Shown: positions 40,561 to 54,300 of the stretch, piece by piece
Position numbering within the stretch: position 1 is the first letter of the stretch
Layout of the letters: every line of letters begins with the position of its first letter
Source: Malacoraja senta
Lineage: Eukaryota
NCBI GenBank assembly: GCA_038087875.1
Contig: CM075991.1
Coordinates: forward strand, 12,216,001-12,280,000
Length of the DNA stretch: 64,000 nt
Direction of reading: 5' to 3'
Made by a program: the position numbers and the translations under genes
Notes under the pieces: generated by a model
Told to the model about the DNA's origin: nothing
Seen by the model: the letters and a program-made list of their open reading frames with translations, nothing else
The model's database searches: none

Positions 40561-40805
40561 CGAAGGACAGCTCGTGCGAAGCGATTGTCCGCTCGCTCCG
40601 GCCACGAGCCCCGCGTGACCCCCCCCCCCCCCACACTGGCGCCAAGCCGGACACTGAGGGAAATGAGGGAGATGAGGGACACTTGAGGAAGATTTTAATG
40701 ACCATTGGTCACTGAGGGAATGAAGGACACTGAGGGTCACTTGGTCACTGAGGGACTGCCAGACTGAGGGTCATTGAGGGAGCACCGGACACTGACCGAT
40801 GTTGA

Positions 40806-41601
40806 GGGACTGAGGGACACTTGAATGGATGAGGGACATTGAGGGGACGAGGGACATTGAGGGACATTAAGTGGATGAGGGACATTGAGTGGATGAGGGA
40901 CATTGAGGGACACTGGGTGGATGAGGGACATTGAGTGGATGAGGGACCTTGAGGGGATGAGGGACATTGAGGGGATGAGGGACATTGAGTGGATGAGGGT
41001 CATTGAGGGGATGAGGGACATTGAGTGGATGAGGGACATTGAGGGGATGAGGGACATTGAGTGGATGAGGGACATTAAGGGAACGAGGGACCATTGAGGG
41101 GATGAGGGACATTGAGTGGATGAGGGGCATTGAGGGGATGAGGGACATTGAGTGGATGAGGGACATTGAGGGGATGAGGGACATTGAGGGGATGAGGGAC
41201 ATTGAGGGGATGAGGGACATTGAGGGGATGAGGGACATTGAGGGGATGAGGGACATTGAGTGGATGAGGGACATTGAGGGGATGAGGGACATTGAGTGGA
41301 TGAGGGACATTGAAGGGATGAGGGACCTTTTGAGGGGATGAGGAACATTGAGGGGATGAGGGACCTTGAGGGGATGAGGGACATTGAGTGGATGAGGGAC
41401 ATTGAGGGGATGAGGGACATTGAGTGGATGAGGGACATTGAGGGGATGAGGGACATTGAGGGGATGAGGGACATTGAGGGGATGAGGGACATTGAGTGGA
41501 TGAGGGACATTGAGGGGATGAGGGACATTGAGTGGATGAGGGACATTGAAGGGATGAGGGACCTTTTGAGGGGATGAGGAACATTGAGGGGATGAGGGAC
41601 C
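40806..41601. repeat. 18-bp G-rich minisatellite GAG(G/T)GGATGAGGGACATT
   Basis: About 40 tandem units; degenerate copies extend to ~40650 and ~41730. Confidence 0.97.
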
Positions 41602-42029
41602 GCTGCTCATTGAGTGTCTGGTGGATGCTGAGGGAATGAGGACACTGAGGGAATGAGGCACGCTGAGGCGATGAGGGGCAGCGAGGAACTGCGGGACAGA
41701 CGATGCTGAGGGATTTAGGGACATTGAGGGGCCAACTCCCGAAGGTGACCCCTCGCACAAGGGAAGGTCCACTCTCCCAGGGGGCAACATGAGTTCAGGG
41801 AAAAAGGGAGATGTTGGTACTACTGCGTATAACACTAGCAATATTGGTTTATAACCAAAGAACCGCAGATGGCGGTTTACAAAACAAGACACAAAGTACT
41901 GGAGTAACACAACCGGTCAATCTACAAAAAAGGTGCAGTGGGAAGGAGTTGTTGCTCCGTCTGGTGGTGCAGATTTCTGTACCTTTCGCCTCACAGCAGC
42001 AGGGAGAAGAAGGAATGACCAGTCTGTTT

Positions 42030-42450
42030 GTTAAATTTGTTATGAAGGCCAACATGCCATTCCCTTTCTTCACCGCCTGCTCTACCTGCATGCTTACTTT
42101 CAGTGACTGATGAACAAGGACACCCAGATCTTGTTGTACTTCCCCTTTTCCTAACTTGACACCATTCAGATAATAATCTGCCTTCCTGTTCTTGCCACCA
42201 AAGTGGATAACCTCACATTTATCCACATTAAACTGCATCTGCCCACTCACCCAACCTGTCCAAGTCACCCTGCATCCTAGCATTGAGGATGCAGGGCGAC
42301 TTGGATATTCCAGTAAATACAAGTCCAGTCGACCCATTCTTTCATCATATGTCAGTCCCGCCATCCCGGGAATTAACCTGTTGAACCTACGCTGCACTCC
42401 CCCAATAGCAAGAATTTCCTACCTCAAATTAGGAGACCAAAACTGCGCAC
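42030..42450 (-). mobile_element. CR1 RT fragment
   Basis: QMQFNVDKCEVIHFG...QQDLGVLVHQSLK...AVKK. Confidence 0.85.
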
Positions 42451-42810
42451 AATACCACATACACGCAGCAAAATATCCTTCCATTCATACAGGTGCTGTA
42501 TTTATCAACCAGGTTTAGGTGTACAGATTACAAATACTAGAGGACAGCTTTCAGGTGAGAGGGGGCAAAGTTTAAAAGAGAAGTGCGGGGCAACTTTTTT
42601 ACACAGAGAGCGGTGGTGGTGGAGGCAGATACGATAGTGGTGTTTAAGAGGCTTTCAGACAGCCACATGGATATGCAGGGAATTGAGGGATATGGGCTGT
42701 GCTCAGATAGATAAGAGTTGGTCTTGGCATCAAGTTTGACGGAGACATTGTGGGCTGAAGGGCCTGTTCTTGTGCTGCCTGTCCCGCTGAGTTACTCCAG
42801 CATTGGAACA

Positions 42811-43316
42811 ATGTGTGTGTGCATATATGTGTGTGTGTATATGTGTGTGTATAAATATATATGTGTGTGTATATATATGTGTGTGTATGTATATATGTGT
42901 ATGTATATATATGTTATGTGTGTATATGTTATGTGTGTATATATATATGTGTGAATACATATGTGTGTGTATATTTATGTGTGTATATATATGTGTGTGT
43001 ATGTATATATGTGTGTGTATATATATGTTATGTGTGTATATATATGTGTGAATACATATGTGTGTGTATATTTATGTGTGTATATATATAGATATGTGCA
43101 TACATATGTGTGTGTATACATATGTGTGTATATATGTGTGTATATATATGTGTGTGTATATATGTGTGTGTATGTATATATGTGTGTGTATATATATGTT
43201 ATGTGTGTATATATATATGTGTGAATACATATGTGTGTGTATATTTATGTGTGTATATATATATATGTGTGTGTATATGTGTGTATATGTGTGTGTGTAC
43301 ATATATGTGTGTGTGT
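42811..43316. repeat. Compound (TG)n/(TA)n microsatellite
   Basis: Nearly continuous purine-pyrimidine alternation; recurring gtgaatacatatg sub-blocks. Confidence 0.97.
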
Positions 43317-43626
43317 TTTTATATAACAGAGTGACAAATGGGGGGGGGGGTTTGGTCACCATCTAATAAATAGATACACAAGAAACTGCAAATGCTGGAA
43401 TCTGAAGAAGGGTCTCAACCCAAAACGTCGTCTGTCCATTCCCATAGATGACCAAGATTTAAAAAAAATTATCTTTCTGCTGACGTTGCCTGACTAGTTT
43501 TTCCCCCAGTAATTTTATATATATATTTTTTCACATTTCTAACATTTACAATTAATTCAAACCAACTAATCAGTTTTCGATGGATGGCCAGTAAAATACA
43601 ACTTGTACAGCGATTATAAAATCGTG

Positions 43627-43697
43627 TGCGCTGCCCGGGAATCGAACCCGGGTCGCAAGAATGGGAATCTTGCATGATACCACTACACCAGCAGCGC
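43627..43697 (-). tRNA. tRNA-Gly (anticodon CCC)
   Basis: 71 nt GCGCTGCTGGTGTAGTGGTATCATGCAAGATTCCCATTCTTGCGACCCGGGTTCGATTCCCGGGCAGCGCA; 7-bp acceptor stem, GCAAG/CTTGC anticodon stem, intact A/B boxes, TTTT terminator at 43618-43621. Confidence 0.97.
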
Positions 43698-44339
43698 ATG
43701 AGCGTAACTCCGGGGGCGCGCGCTTTTAGTGTGGAAAAAGGCGCGAGTGACGGTTTGTCCGCTCAGTGCGCGAGGAGGCGTCGACTGCCGCTTAGTTTGG
43801 ATCGTCACGTGTGCTAAATGAAGCTCGAGATATATGTATATATCTCCTCAAAATATATATCTTTCTTCTCTCCGCTCAATAAACGAGCAAAGTCTGAGGT
43901 AAATAGAAAGTAAACCGACATTTAACAGCGATTGTGTTAAGATCGAGCTTTTGGAACGGCCGGCACGATCCCAGCTTCACGTAAAATTATATGAGATAGG
44001 CACAAAAAAAGCTCCAATTGTGCTGCCTTAAAACAAAAAGCAGAATGATCAAAGTAATCTCAGGTAAAAGAATAAAATGCTCTTTCACAGATCGGCAGAA
44101 AAATTGCAACACGAAAGGATATTCGGCCCACCGAGTCTGTACTGTCACAATAGGAAAGCAAACCAGCTAATAGTAATAGTCTGATAGACCTCATAGTCCT
44201 GATTTTTTCAGATACTTGTCCAACATCCTTTTGAATACTACAATTAAACCTTCATCCATTATTACCTCTGGTAGAGCATTCCATATCCCAAACACTTACT
44301 GCATTAAAAATAAACTTTTAGATTGTGCCAATCACCTCG

Positions 44340-44645
44340 TTTAGTTTAGTTTAGAGATACAGCGTAGAAACAGGCCCTTCAGCCCACCGAGTCCATGCCG
44401 ACCAGCGATCCCCGCACACTAACACTATCCTACACACACTAGGGACAATTTACACTTATACCAATGAACCTACAAACCTGCACGTCTTTGGGGTGTGGGA
44501 GGAAACCGAAGATCTCGGAGAAAACCCACGCGGGTCACGGGGAGAATGTACAAAACTCCGTACAGACAGCGCCCGTAGTCGGGATCGAACCCGGGTCTCT
44601 GGGCGCTGCAAAGTGCTGTAAGGCAGCAACTCTACCGCTGTGCCA
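44340..44645 (-). mobile_element. V-SINE (HE1-like), near full length
   Basis: B box GGTTCGATCCC, V-domain, (TAAAC)n tail; reverse-complement relative of 6731-7030. Confidence 0.85.
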
Positions 44646-45259
44646 ACGGATGAATCTTCTGACAAAACAAGCAAGTGTTGTGGTTTGCATTTTGAAATGG
44701 AAACTGGGTTTCTCGTGCACAGTAGCTCAGACATTCTTTAAAAGATGGCACGTTGTTTGCTGACTTTCTAAAACTCCTCTCATCCTGAACAGACCTGGAA
44801 GCCCTCTCTATCCATGTACTATCAGCACTCAGACCATGCTGCTGGGTTCCAAGGTAGGCAGAGGGATCTAGAGCAGCATGGCCCAACTGGCTCATTATTT
44901 CAACACAGAATTCCCACAGCTTGAAGCAAATAATGCCAGTCCCAGTAAGGCTCAAACCATCACATATATTGGTTCATAACATTATAGCACATTCACTTAG
45001 ATGCTGTGAGAGACGTTTTTATTAATTCATGGAATATGTAAGTGGTGAGCCATCTTTTAGTCCTATGACTATCCTTGTAACAAAGGTACTCCCATAGTGC
45101 TGTTGGGTAATAGGTTTCAGGGTTTAGAAGAACCTGCAATATACTCCCAGAGTTGGGTAATAGGCTACAGGTTTTGGAGGTGCTGTTAGAGTGGCTTGTG
45201 GGAATAAATGTTGGGCTGTGCCTAATGTAGGATACCTCTCCTCTCACCTGTTCATGTAG

Positions 45260-48030
45260 CGAGGGGGACCAATATCCTGGCGGGGAGATTTGCAAAGGCT
45301 ACCGGGGAGACTTTAAACTAGAACGGTTGGGGGGAGGGACTCAAATAGAGAAAGCTAGTGGAAAATGTGGGAGGCAGGAGGCAGAGAAGGGAAGCACTCG
45401 GACCCAAAATGTAGGGGAGAAAGAAGAAAAATATAATAAACAGAGAATAAGTGGTGGTGGGTTTCTTAAATGTGTATATTTTAATGCTAGGAGCATTGTA
45501 AGAAAGGTGGATGAGCTTAGAGCCTGGATTGACACCTGGAAGTATGATGTTGTGGCGATCAGTGAAACATGGTTACAGGAGGGCTGTGATTGGAAACTAA
45601 ATATTCCAGGATTTCGTTGCTTCAGGGGTGATAGAATTGGAGGGGCAAGAGGTAGGGGTGTTGCATTGCTTGTCAAGGAAGATATTACAGCAGTGCTTTG
45701 GCAGGATAGATTAGAGGGCTCGTCTAGGGAGGCTATTTGGGTGGAACTGAGAAATGGGAAAGGTGTAGCAACACTTATAGGGGTGTATTATAGACCGCCA
45801 AATGGGGAGCGAGAATTGGAAGAGCAAATATGTAAGGAGATAGCAGATATTAGTAGTAAGCACAAGGCAGTGATTGTGGGAGATTTCAATTTTCTACACA
45901 TAGACTGGGAAACACATTCTGTAAAAGGGCTGGATGGTTTGGAGTTTGTAAAATGTGTGCAGGATCGTTCGGTTGAAAGGAAATAGTAAAAATTGGAAAG
46001 AGCCATGGTTTTCAAGGGAAATTGGACACTTGGTTCGGAAAAAGAGAGAGATCTACAATAATTATAGTCAGCATGGAGTAAATGAGGTGCTTGAGGAGTA
46101 TAAAGAATGTAAAAAGAATATTAAGAAAGAAATTAGAAAAGCTAAAAGAAGGAGTAAGATGAAAGTAAATCCAAAGGGTTTCTACAGCTATATTAATAGC
46201 AAAAGGATAACAAGGAATAAAATTGGTCCATTAGAGAGTCAGAGTGGACAGCTATCTGCAGAGCCAAAAGAGATGGGGGAGATATTGAACAATTTCTTTT
46301 CTTCGGTATTCACCAAGGAGAAGGATATGAAATTATGTGAGGTAAGGGAAACAAGCAGAGTAGCAATGGAAACTATGAGATTCAAAGAAGAGGAGGTGCG
46401 GACACTTTTGAAAAATATGAAAAGGGATAAGTCTCCAGGTCCTGACAGGATATTCCCTAGAACATTGAGGGAAGTTAGTGTAGAAATAGCAGGGGCTATG
46501 ACAGAAATATTTCAAATGTCATTAAAAACGGGAATAGTGCCGGAGGATTGGCGTACTGCGCATGTTGTTCCGTTGTTTAAAAAGGGTTCTAAGAGTAAAC
46601 CTAGCAATTATAGATCTGTTAGTTTGACGTCAGTGGTGGGCAAATTAATGGAAAGGATACTTAAAGATAATATATATAAGCATCTGGATAAGCAGGGTCT
46701 GATTAGGAACAGTCAACATGGATTTTTGCCTGGAAGGTCATGCTTGACTAATCTTCTTGAATTTTTCGAAGAGGTTACTAGGGAAATTGATGAGGGTAAA
46801 GCAGTGGATGTTGTCTATATGGACTTCAGTAAGGCCTTTGACAAGGTTCCTCATGGAAGGTTGGTTAAGAAGATTCAATTGTTGGGTATTAATGGTGGAG
46901 TAGCAAGATGGATTCAACAGTGGCTGAATGGGAGATGCCAGAGAGTAATGGTGGATGGCTGTTTGTCAGGTTGGAGGCCGGTGACTAGTGGGGTGCCTCA
47001 GGGGTCTGTGTTAGGTCCACTGTTGTTTGTCATGTACATCAATGATCTGGATGATGGTGTGGAAAATTGGATTAGTAAGTATGCAGATGATACTAAGATA
47101 GGTGGTGTTGTGGATAATGAAGTAGATTTTCAAAGTCTACAGAGAGATTTAGGCCATTTGGAAGAGTGGGCTGAAAGATGGCAGATGGAGTTTAATGCTG
47201 ACAAATGTGAGGTGCTACATCTCGGCAGGACCATAGGACGTACATGGTAAATGGTAGCGAATTGAGGAATGCAGTTGAACAGAGGGATCTAGGAATAACT
47301 GCATAGTTCCCTGAAGGTGGAATCGCATGTAGATAGGGTGGTAAAGAAAGCTTTTGGTGTGCTGGCCTTTATAAATCAGAGCATTGAATATAGAAGTAGG
47401 GATGTAATGTTAAAATTGTACAAGGCATTGGTGAGGCCAATTCTGGAGTATGGAGTACAATTATTTCCTATAATTATAGGAAGGATGTCAACAAAATACA
47501 GAGAGTACAGAGGAGATTTACTAGAATGTTGCCTGGGTTTCAGCAACTAAGTTACAGAGAAAGGTTGAACAAGTTAGGTCTTTATTCTTTGGAGTGCAGA
47601 AGGTTAAGAGGGGACTTGATAGAGGTCTTTAAAATTATGAGCGGGTTAGACAGAGTGGACGTAGATAAGCTTTTCCCATTGGGAGTAGGGAAGATTCAAA
47701 CAAGGGGACATGACTTGAGAATTAAGGGACAGAAGTTTAGGGGTAACGTTAGGGGGAACTTCTTTACTCAGAGAGTGGTAGCTGTGTGGAATGAGCTTCC
47801 AGTGGAAGTGGTGGAGGCAGGTTCGATGTTATCCTTTAAAAATAGATTGGATGGGTATATGGATGGGAAAGGAATGGAGGGTTATGGTCTGAGTGCAGGT
47901 AGATGGGACTAGGGGGAAGTAAAAAATAAAAAAATTAAAAATTAAAAATTAAAAAAAAAAAAAAAAAAAAAAAGTGTTCGGCACGGACTTGAAGGGCCGA
48001 GATGGCCTGTTTCCGTGCTGTTATGGTTAT
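45260..48030 (+). mobile_element. CR1 LINE ORF2 plus 3' UTR, with internal deletion and frameshifts
   Basis: EN (NARSI, AISETW, VGDFN) in 45327-45986; RT (DFSKAFD, GVPQGSVLGP, YADD) in 45955-47250; deletion near 45965; A-rich expansion 47920-47973 in the 3' UTR. Confidence 0.96.
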
Positions 48031-49194
48031 ATAGCCATGGTATTTACTTGGCTAGTCTGATTGAGTTTCTGATCAGTGGTGACCTCAGGATTTTGATACT
48101 GAGGAATTGATATAGACTAGGGATCATTACTGTGACCTCCTTTCTTGCTCTGCATCATGAATAATGTTGCTTGCAAACTGTCTATTTCCAGCAGAAATTT
48201 ATTAAGGAGTCGGTTCTATTAAATAAGCAAATGAAGTGAAGCTAAAGTAATTTGCATTTGCCAGGTCTGCCAGACAGTCCAGAAATATTGAATGTGTATT
48301 ACCAGTCAGTCTTTTCTCATAACAAGCTCTGAAAATGGTGCATCTGCAATGCAGACATCTATATTTAGCGCATTCAGAGCAGCAAGGCTATAACAGAGAA
48401 GCCTTGATAGAGACACTAATCCACACTAATCCATACATTTAACTTTTTGCTGTGCATTTACAATCTCACATTCAAACCTACACCCTATAATGTGCTTGTC
48501 CACACATACAGCAGAAATTCATGCATTCATGTTCACACACTGATAAAAATATATAGAAACTCATAAACGTCTCGCCCCAAAACTTATCCTGATCACACAA
48601 ACATTTTCACACGTTCACACATATATTTACCCTTACAACAAGTGCATAGTTTCTCACATATCTCACATTGTAAAGAGTGCACATTCAACCTGTTTTTACC
48701 ATCATTTTTATCCATGCTTATAAATCAATAATGCAGCTCTGGTCTGTGTAATGACACATTTCACCCTCACATTTAACTTACAAACTAATATATCTATACT
48801 TATTTTTATTTGCAGCAATTGTGAGAAAAAGGAATTGTACCATTATTTCTGATAATTATAGGATTTGTATCAGAAAAAGTAAAATTGGATTAAAGGCAGC
48901 AATTTATATCATTCATTGATATTCTAAATTACATTAATTTATCAGCAGAATCAATAGGTTTAAAAATAGAGAATTGGTAACTGGGGAGAATCATTTTTTT
49001 TAAAGAATCTGAGACGAGGTGAGGACACAACTTTTAATTTTAAGCAATTAGTTGTAATCTAGATTTCACTGCTCTTTAAGGATAGAAGAAAGTTTAATGG
49101 AACTTTCAACAGGGAATCAGATAAATAACAGAAAAATGAAAATAATTTACAGGACTAAGGGGAATGAACAGGGGAATGAAACAAATTCTTGATG

Positions 49195-50170
49195 TGGGTG
49201 GGCGGCACGACTCACGTCGCAGCGGCCTCTGCAGTCCGTCTGTCTTTTTTTATTTTTTGTCTCGTTTGAGTGTAGTTATAGTGTTTTTTTTAAACTGGGT
49301 ATGTGCGTTGGGGGCGGGGGGTGGGGAAACTTTTAAAATCTTTTCCCTGTACGGAGTACCCGACCTTTTCCCTGTCGGGTCTCCGTTGTCGTTGGGGCCT
49401 TGCACCGTGGAGCGGCCTCCAACCGGAACGACCTGGGGCTCCAGTCGCGGAGCCTGCGGACTACTCACCATCGCGGTGCTGGCCGAGTTCGGAACGGGAG
49501 GAGCTGTGGTGGCGCGCGGCTGCGACCCGACCCCGGAGATTCGGAGGCTCCAGCCGCAGGTCTGGTGGACGGTAACATCGGGAGCTCGCGGGTCCCTGGT
49601 GGGAGACCGCTTTTCGGAGCTCCCGCAACGGCAACTTCTACCGCCCGAGTTGTGGGGTTGAAAATGACCTGGAGCGGGGCCTAACATCGCCCGGCACGGC
49701 TTTAATGGCCGCGGGACTTGCTAGCGCCCGCCGGGGGCTCCAACATCAAGACTTGGAGCGCGGCATTGCATCGCCCGGCGCGGCTTTAATGGCCGCGGGA
49801 CTTATTTACCATCGGCCGCCGGGGGCTTTGACTCTGACATCGGGAGGAGAATGTGGAGTGCAGGGGAGAGATAAGACTTTGCCTTCCATCACAGCGAGGA
49901 GGAGATTCGCTGTGATGGATGTTTGTTCAAGATGGCGGTCGGAGGGGAGAGTGGACGCTGGCGCGGTTTCGTTGCCGCTGCTCTCTCCTCAAATTGTGCT
50001 TCTGATTTTCTTTTTTGTGTTTTTGGAAGGAATTCTGTCCCTGATTTGTGTATTGGTCTTTATAACTTATTTTTTAAAATTCTGATTATATGTTTCCTAT
50101 AAATCTCTGTAAGGTGTCCTTGAGACCTCGGTATAAGGCGCCCATAAATAAAATTCATTATTATTATTAT
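49195..50170 (+). mobile_element. GC-rich interspersed repeat(s) of unresolved family
   Basis: CpG-rich block with internal duplicate catcgcccggc.cggctttaatggccgcgggactt; second part starts CAAGATGGCG and ends in a (TTA)n tail. Confidence 0.5.
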
Positions 50171-51197
50171 TATTAAATTATGTTGTGTCTTGGTTCTTCT
50201 ACTTGTTTGTATGACTGCAGAAACCAAATTTCATTTGAACCTCAATGAGGTTCAAATGACAACAAATAAATTGTATCATTGTATCATTGTATCATTGTAT
50301 CATTCTTCTTAACAGTTGGCTTGGACACCAAGCTGAACGACCATATTATATGTGTAGGAAAGAACTGCAGATGCTGGTTTAAATCGAAGGTAGACGCAAA
50401 AAGCTGGAGTAACTCAGCGGGACAGGCAGCATCTCTGGAAAGAAAGAATGGGTGTCGTTTCAGGTCAAGATCCTTCTTCCGACTGATGTCAGACCATATT
50501 ATATGATTTTATTCCAAAACAAAGATTACAACTAATCTGAGCATTTTAATTTCTAGCATTAGTGGACTAGAGAATGTTTACCAAGACGTGAAGAGGCCTT
50601 TTTCTGTTCTTGAAACTTTCACAGTTTCTCCAATCAGCTTATGATTAGCCTTATGGCTTGCCATGAATGCAACAGAATTTGAACTAGGTCATTTATACAT
50701 CAGGGTTGTACTTCAAACATGTTAAAGGCAGCTAACTGAGCCGGAGCAGGCATTGCTCATGCATATTGGTTTTAATAGGTGTTAAAAACTAATATCAGGC
50801 AATTGGTCAATAAATCATACCAGGAGAATGAGCTAAACCCAGTTATGAATGAATGTTTGAATAAGTTTATTGGCCAAGTATGTACATATACAAGGAATTT
50901 GCCTTGGTGCACCGCTCGCAAGTAACAACACGACATACAGTAAACCATTAAGAATAAAACATTAAAACTAAAACAGATTAATTATGATATTGAATGGCAG
51001 AGAAAGCTCATGGAGTTTTATGGATCTCTCCTATTTTCAATGCTCATTTCAATTTTCCTGTGACTTCCCTCCAATGTCAACCTGCCTGCCATACTCCTCC
51101 AATCACCTCACTCCCCCCCCCACATATTTGAACATATCTAAACTTAAACGCACAACTGCCCCCCCTCCCCCATCTCCAAAACATGCTCCTGCATGTG

Positions 51198-51376
51198 TAC
51201 GAAAGAACTGCAGATGGTGGTTTACATCGAAGGTTGACACAAAATGCTGGAGTAACTCAGCGGGTGAGGCAGCATCTCTGGAGAGAAGGAATGGGCGACG
51301 TTTCTGGTCGAGACCCTTCTTCAGACTCCATAGATGCTGCCTCACCCACTGAGTTACGCCAACATTTTGTGTCTAC
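51198..51376. mobile_element. Penelope-like terminal repeat with inverted partial copy
   Basis: Minus strand CTGAAGA-AGGGTCTCGACCA-GAAACGTC; 51326-51376 is an inverted copy of the upstream part. Confidence 0.7.
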
Positions 51377-54300
51377 ATGCTCCTGTATGATCTAAAGCAG
51401 GAGAATTAGGATGCCAAAGACCAAAGCCTTTTCTGCATTGTTCTTGGTAAAACAATAAACCATATTTGTTGGTCAATATTTCACAAAGTTCCAGATTTTC
51501 TTTATCTCCCCAAACCCCCTTGGAAGTCTTGCGCTAGTAAATATCAAGGTCAGAGTTAATGAAAGATTGTAAATCAAAACGTGAGGTGCTGTTATGTTTC
51601 CAGAGACTCAGCAGATGTACGTGGCCTCTTTCAATAGAACATCATTTCTGATTTTATTTGGCATAAACTCATTTATTTCTAATGCATAGCAATCAAGTGC
51701 TTTAAATGGGTTTTAGGTTTGTAAATCTAGTGCAGAATTTTGGAGAACCCTGTTTAACAAAATGGTGAGAATTTCACATCTGCTGCAAAGGACATGTGGG
51801 AAGAAAAAAAGGGAGGGGGGAAAGTGGGATAGGGAAGTCTGGGAGCATAAAACTACATTAGGGACCATTTGGGTCAAATGGTTTATTTTAGTGTGGATTC
51901 TATGCATCGTGAATCAACCAAACAGAATTTCGTTTGAACTTAGGTTCAAACGACAACAAATAAATATCTAAATCTAAATCTAAATCTAAATCATAAAGAC
52001 TTCCAGAGCCGATGTATTTTGTTACTCCTCCATGTACCTTGAAGGTGTTTGCAAGGTGTCTGGGGGCATAGGCGAACACAGCCATAGTCTAGTCATAATT
52101 TATCTGTGTACCAAATTGCCTGTGGAAAGAAAATGAGAAAACTATTAATGAAATTATAGGAGTTGGGGCTAATGAAATGACCATTTATTTAAAAGAAAAT
52201 GATTAATTGCAATTCCATATTTATTACTAATGATGCACCTTGTGTTATGAGAAGCACAGCATCAAATTGTATTCAATGTTTGCTAAAATGATTAAAAGAA
52301 TAAGTTTGTCCGGACAAACGGTGGTAGCAGATGTTAATACAGGTTCTTTAGATTTGTAACTGTTCCCTACCTAATAAACAAATTGTTTCATATCATTTGA
52401 GCCATATTATAAATTAAGTATAAGACAAGAGACTACAATGAAGTACAAGACAGCGAGAACAAATATTTGTTGATTGCTTTATTTGGCATCAGAAGACAAA
52501 CGTTTTTTTATTGTAGTAGGGTGAAACCATACAGATTTGAATGATTTTTGTGCAGTGGGACTTTTCCAGTGACCGGTTCATTTTCACATTTAATAAGACC
52601 ACTATGAGCATGCTGCAATTCCATGGAGATGGATTTTATACCTGTTTTCTTTCACAGCTTAAGGCAATTCCTCTGCGATAAATTCCACAGCTGTTCTTTG
52701 CACAAGCCATAAGTTGCATCATGCATTGCAGTCTCAAAAGATTATTACAAGTTAATAACGTGTTCCTCTCTTCACTTTTTAGCTCAATAACGCCTTGAAG
52801 TTTTACACTTTTAGAAATACATTATACAACATTTCTTTCTAATTATGTTTGGCTAATTTGGAATTTTTCTCATCTTCACATAAATGTAAATCTTATATAT
52901 AGCAGCAATACATTGATAAAAGTCCTGAATATTTATCCTCAAGGAAAATGCTTTTCGTTAGACCAGGAAGAGAAATAAAAAAGCCACAATCCTAACAGAG
53001 TCGGGTATTTTACAAAGAAAACTTCACCAGGCAAACTAAACAAAAGGAGGAGTGTAGATGAGTTGGGAGTGAAGAGAACAAAGTACATAGATCCTGTTCA
53101 GGCTCTGCATTTGATATCTGGAATTTGTAGATATTAAAGTTTATATCCATGGGAAATTGGCTGTGTATTTACTTTTGCTTCAATGGCGGGGGGCTGCCTT
53201 CTGCCACATGCAGTGTCAGGCAGAAGATAAGACTGTTCGGTGAACTTGGCGCCAGAAAGGTGGCGACACTTGTGTACTGCCGAGGTGAAGTCTGCTATAT
53301 GATTTTACTGGGTTGTATGCGAAACATTGCATGTCACTGTACCTTGGTAAGTGTGACAACAACATACCATTGATTTATTTAAACTCTCCACACAAGGTGA
53401 TTGGTGGCTTTTTTTCACCTCTTCGAAGTGCCTCATCATATTTTTGCAATTCCTCTTCTGGATCATTTTGATTAATGTTTTGTGTTTAAGGTGAAATATA
53501 TTAATATTGGGGAATTCTCCAACAAAAAAATTGAAATGACTCGTCATAGTCCCCATTACAATCTCCTTACCTCATCCCAACATTCTACTATATTTGTCCG
53601 AAATCAAACTAGACTGATTGCACCTCTGTAACATTACATACACCAGGCATCCCAATCTCTGGAATTCCTCAACAAAGCCTGTCTACATATTTTACCTCCT
53701 TTATGATGTTCCTTAAATCTACTATTGTGACTAAGCCTTTGGTAATTTCCCCCTAATCTTTGTGTGGCTCAACAGTGTCTTTATTGTTGGATAACAATGC
53801 CGTGATCTTTGATGTCGGTCCAAGTTAAAACCAACACTAACAAAGACTTGACCCAAGCTGGTCGTTTTTTGTTCCCCCTGCTCCTGTCAGGCAGAAGATA
53901 CAGATGCTTGAAAGTGTGCACCACCAGACTCAGGAACAGCTTCTGAATGGTTCTCCCATCTGCTAGGGCACTGTCCGATTCATCTCTACCCTACTAGACA
54001 TTCGACTGTGTCTCTGCATCTGGTGCACTACAATGCTGAGAACTATACTCTGCACTCTGTATCTTCCTCATTGCTCTACCTATAGTATTTGAGTTTGTCT
54101 TGGTTGTATTTATGTATAGTATTATCTGATTTGATTGGATACCATGCAACACAAAGCTTTTTTACTGTACTTCAGTGTATGTGACAATAGTAAACTAAAC
54201 CTAATTGGAGAAAATCAATGCATATTAAACACTTAGGGCCAACAACAAATACTCTGATCAGATATAGCAAGGAGACATACATGGAGTTCTTAGTATTCCA

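Noticed and set aside
40737..41910. Long repetitive ORFs (MSLIPS, NVPHPL, MRDIEG)
   Set aside because: Artefacts of the stop-free 18-bp minisatellite
42718..43366. Cys/Val/Tyr-rich ORFs
   Set aside because: Dinucleotide microsatellite translations
49164..50085. GC-rich ORFs as a gene or CpG-island promoter
   Set aside because: No recognisable protein; internal duplication and a simple-repeat tail indicate an interspersed repeat
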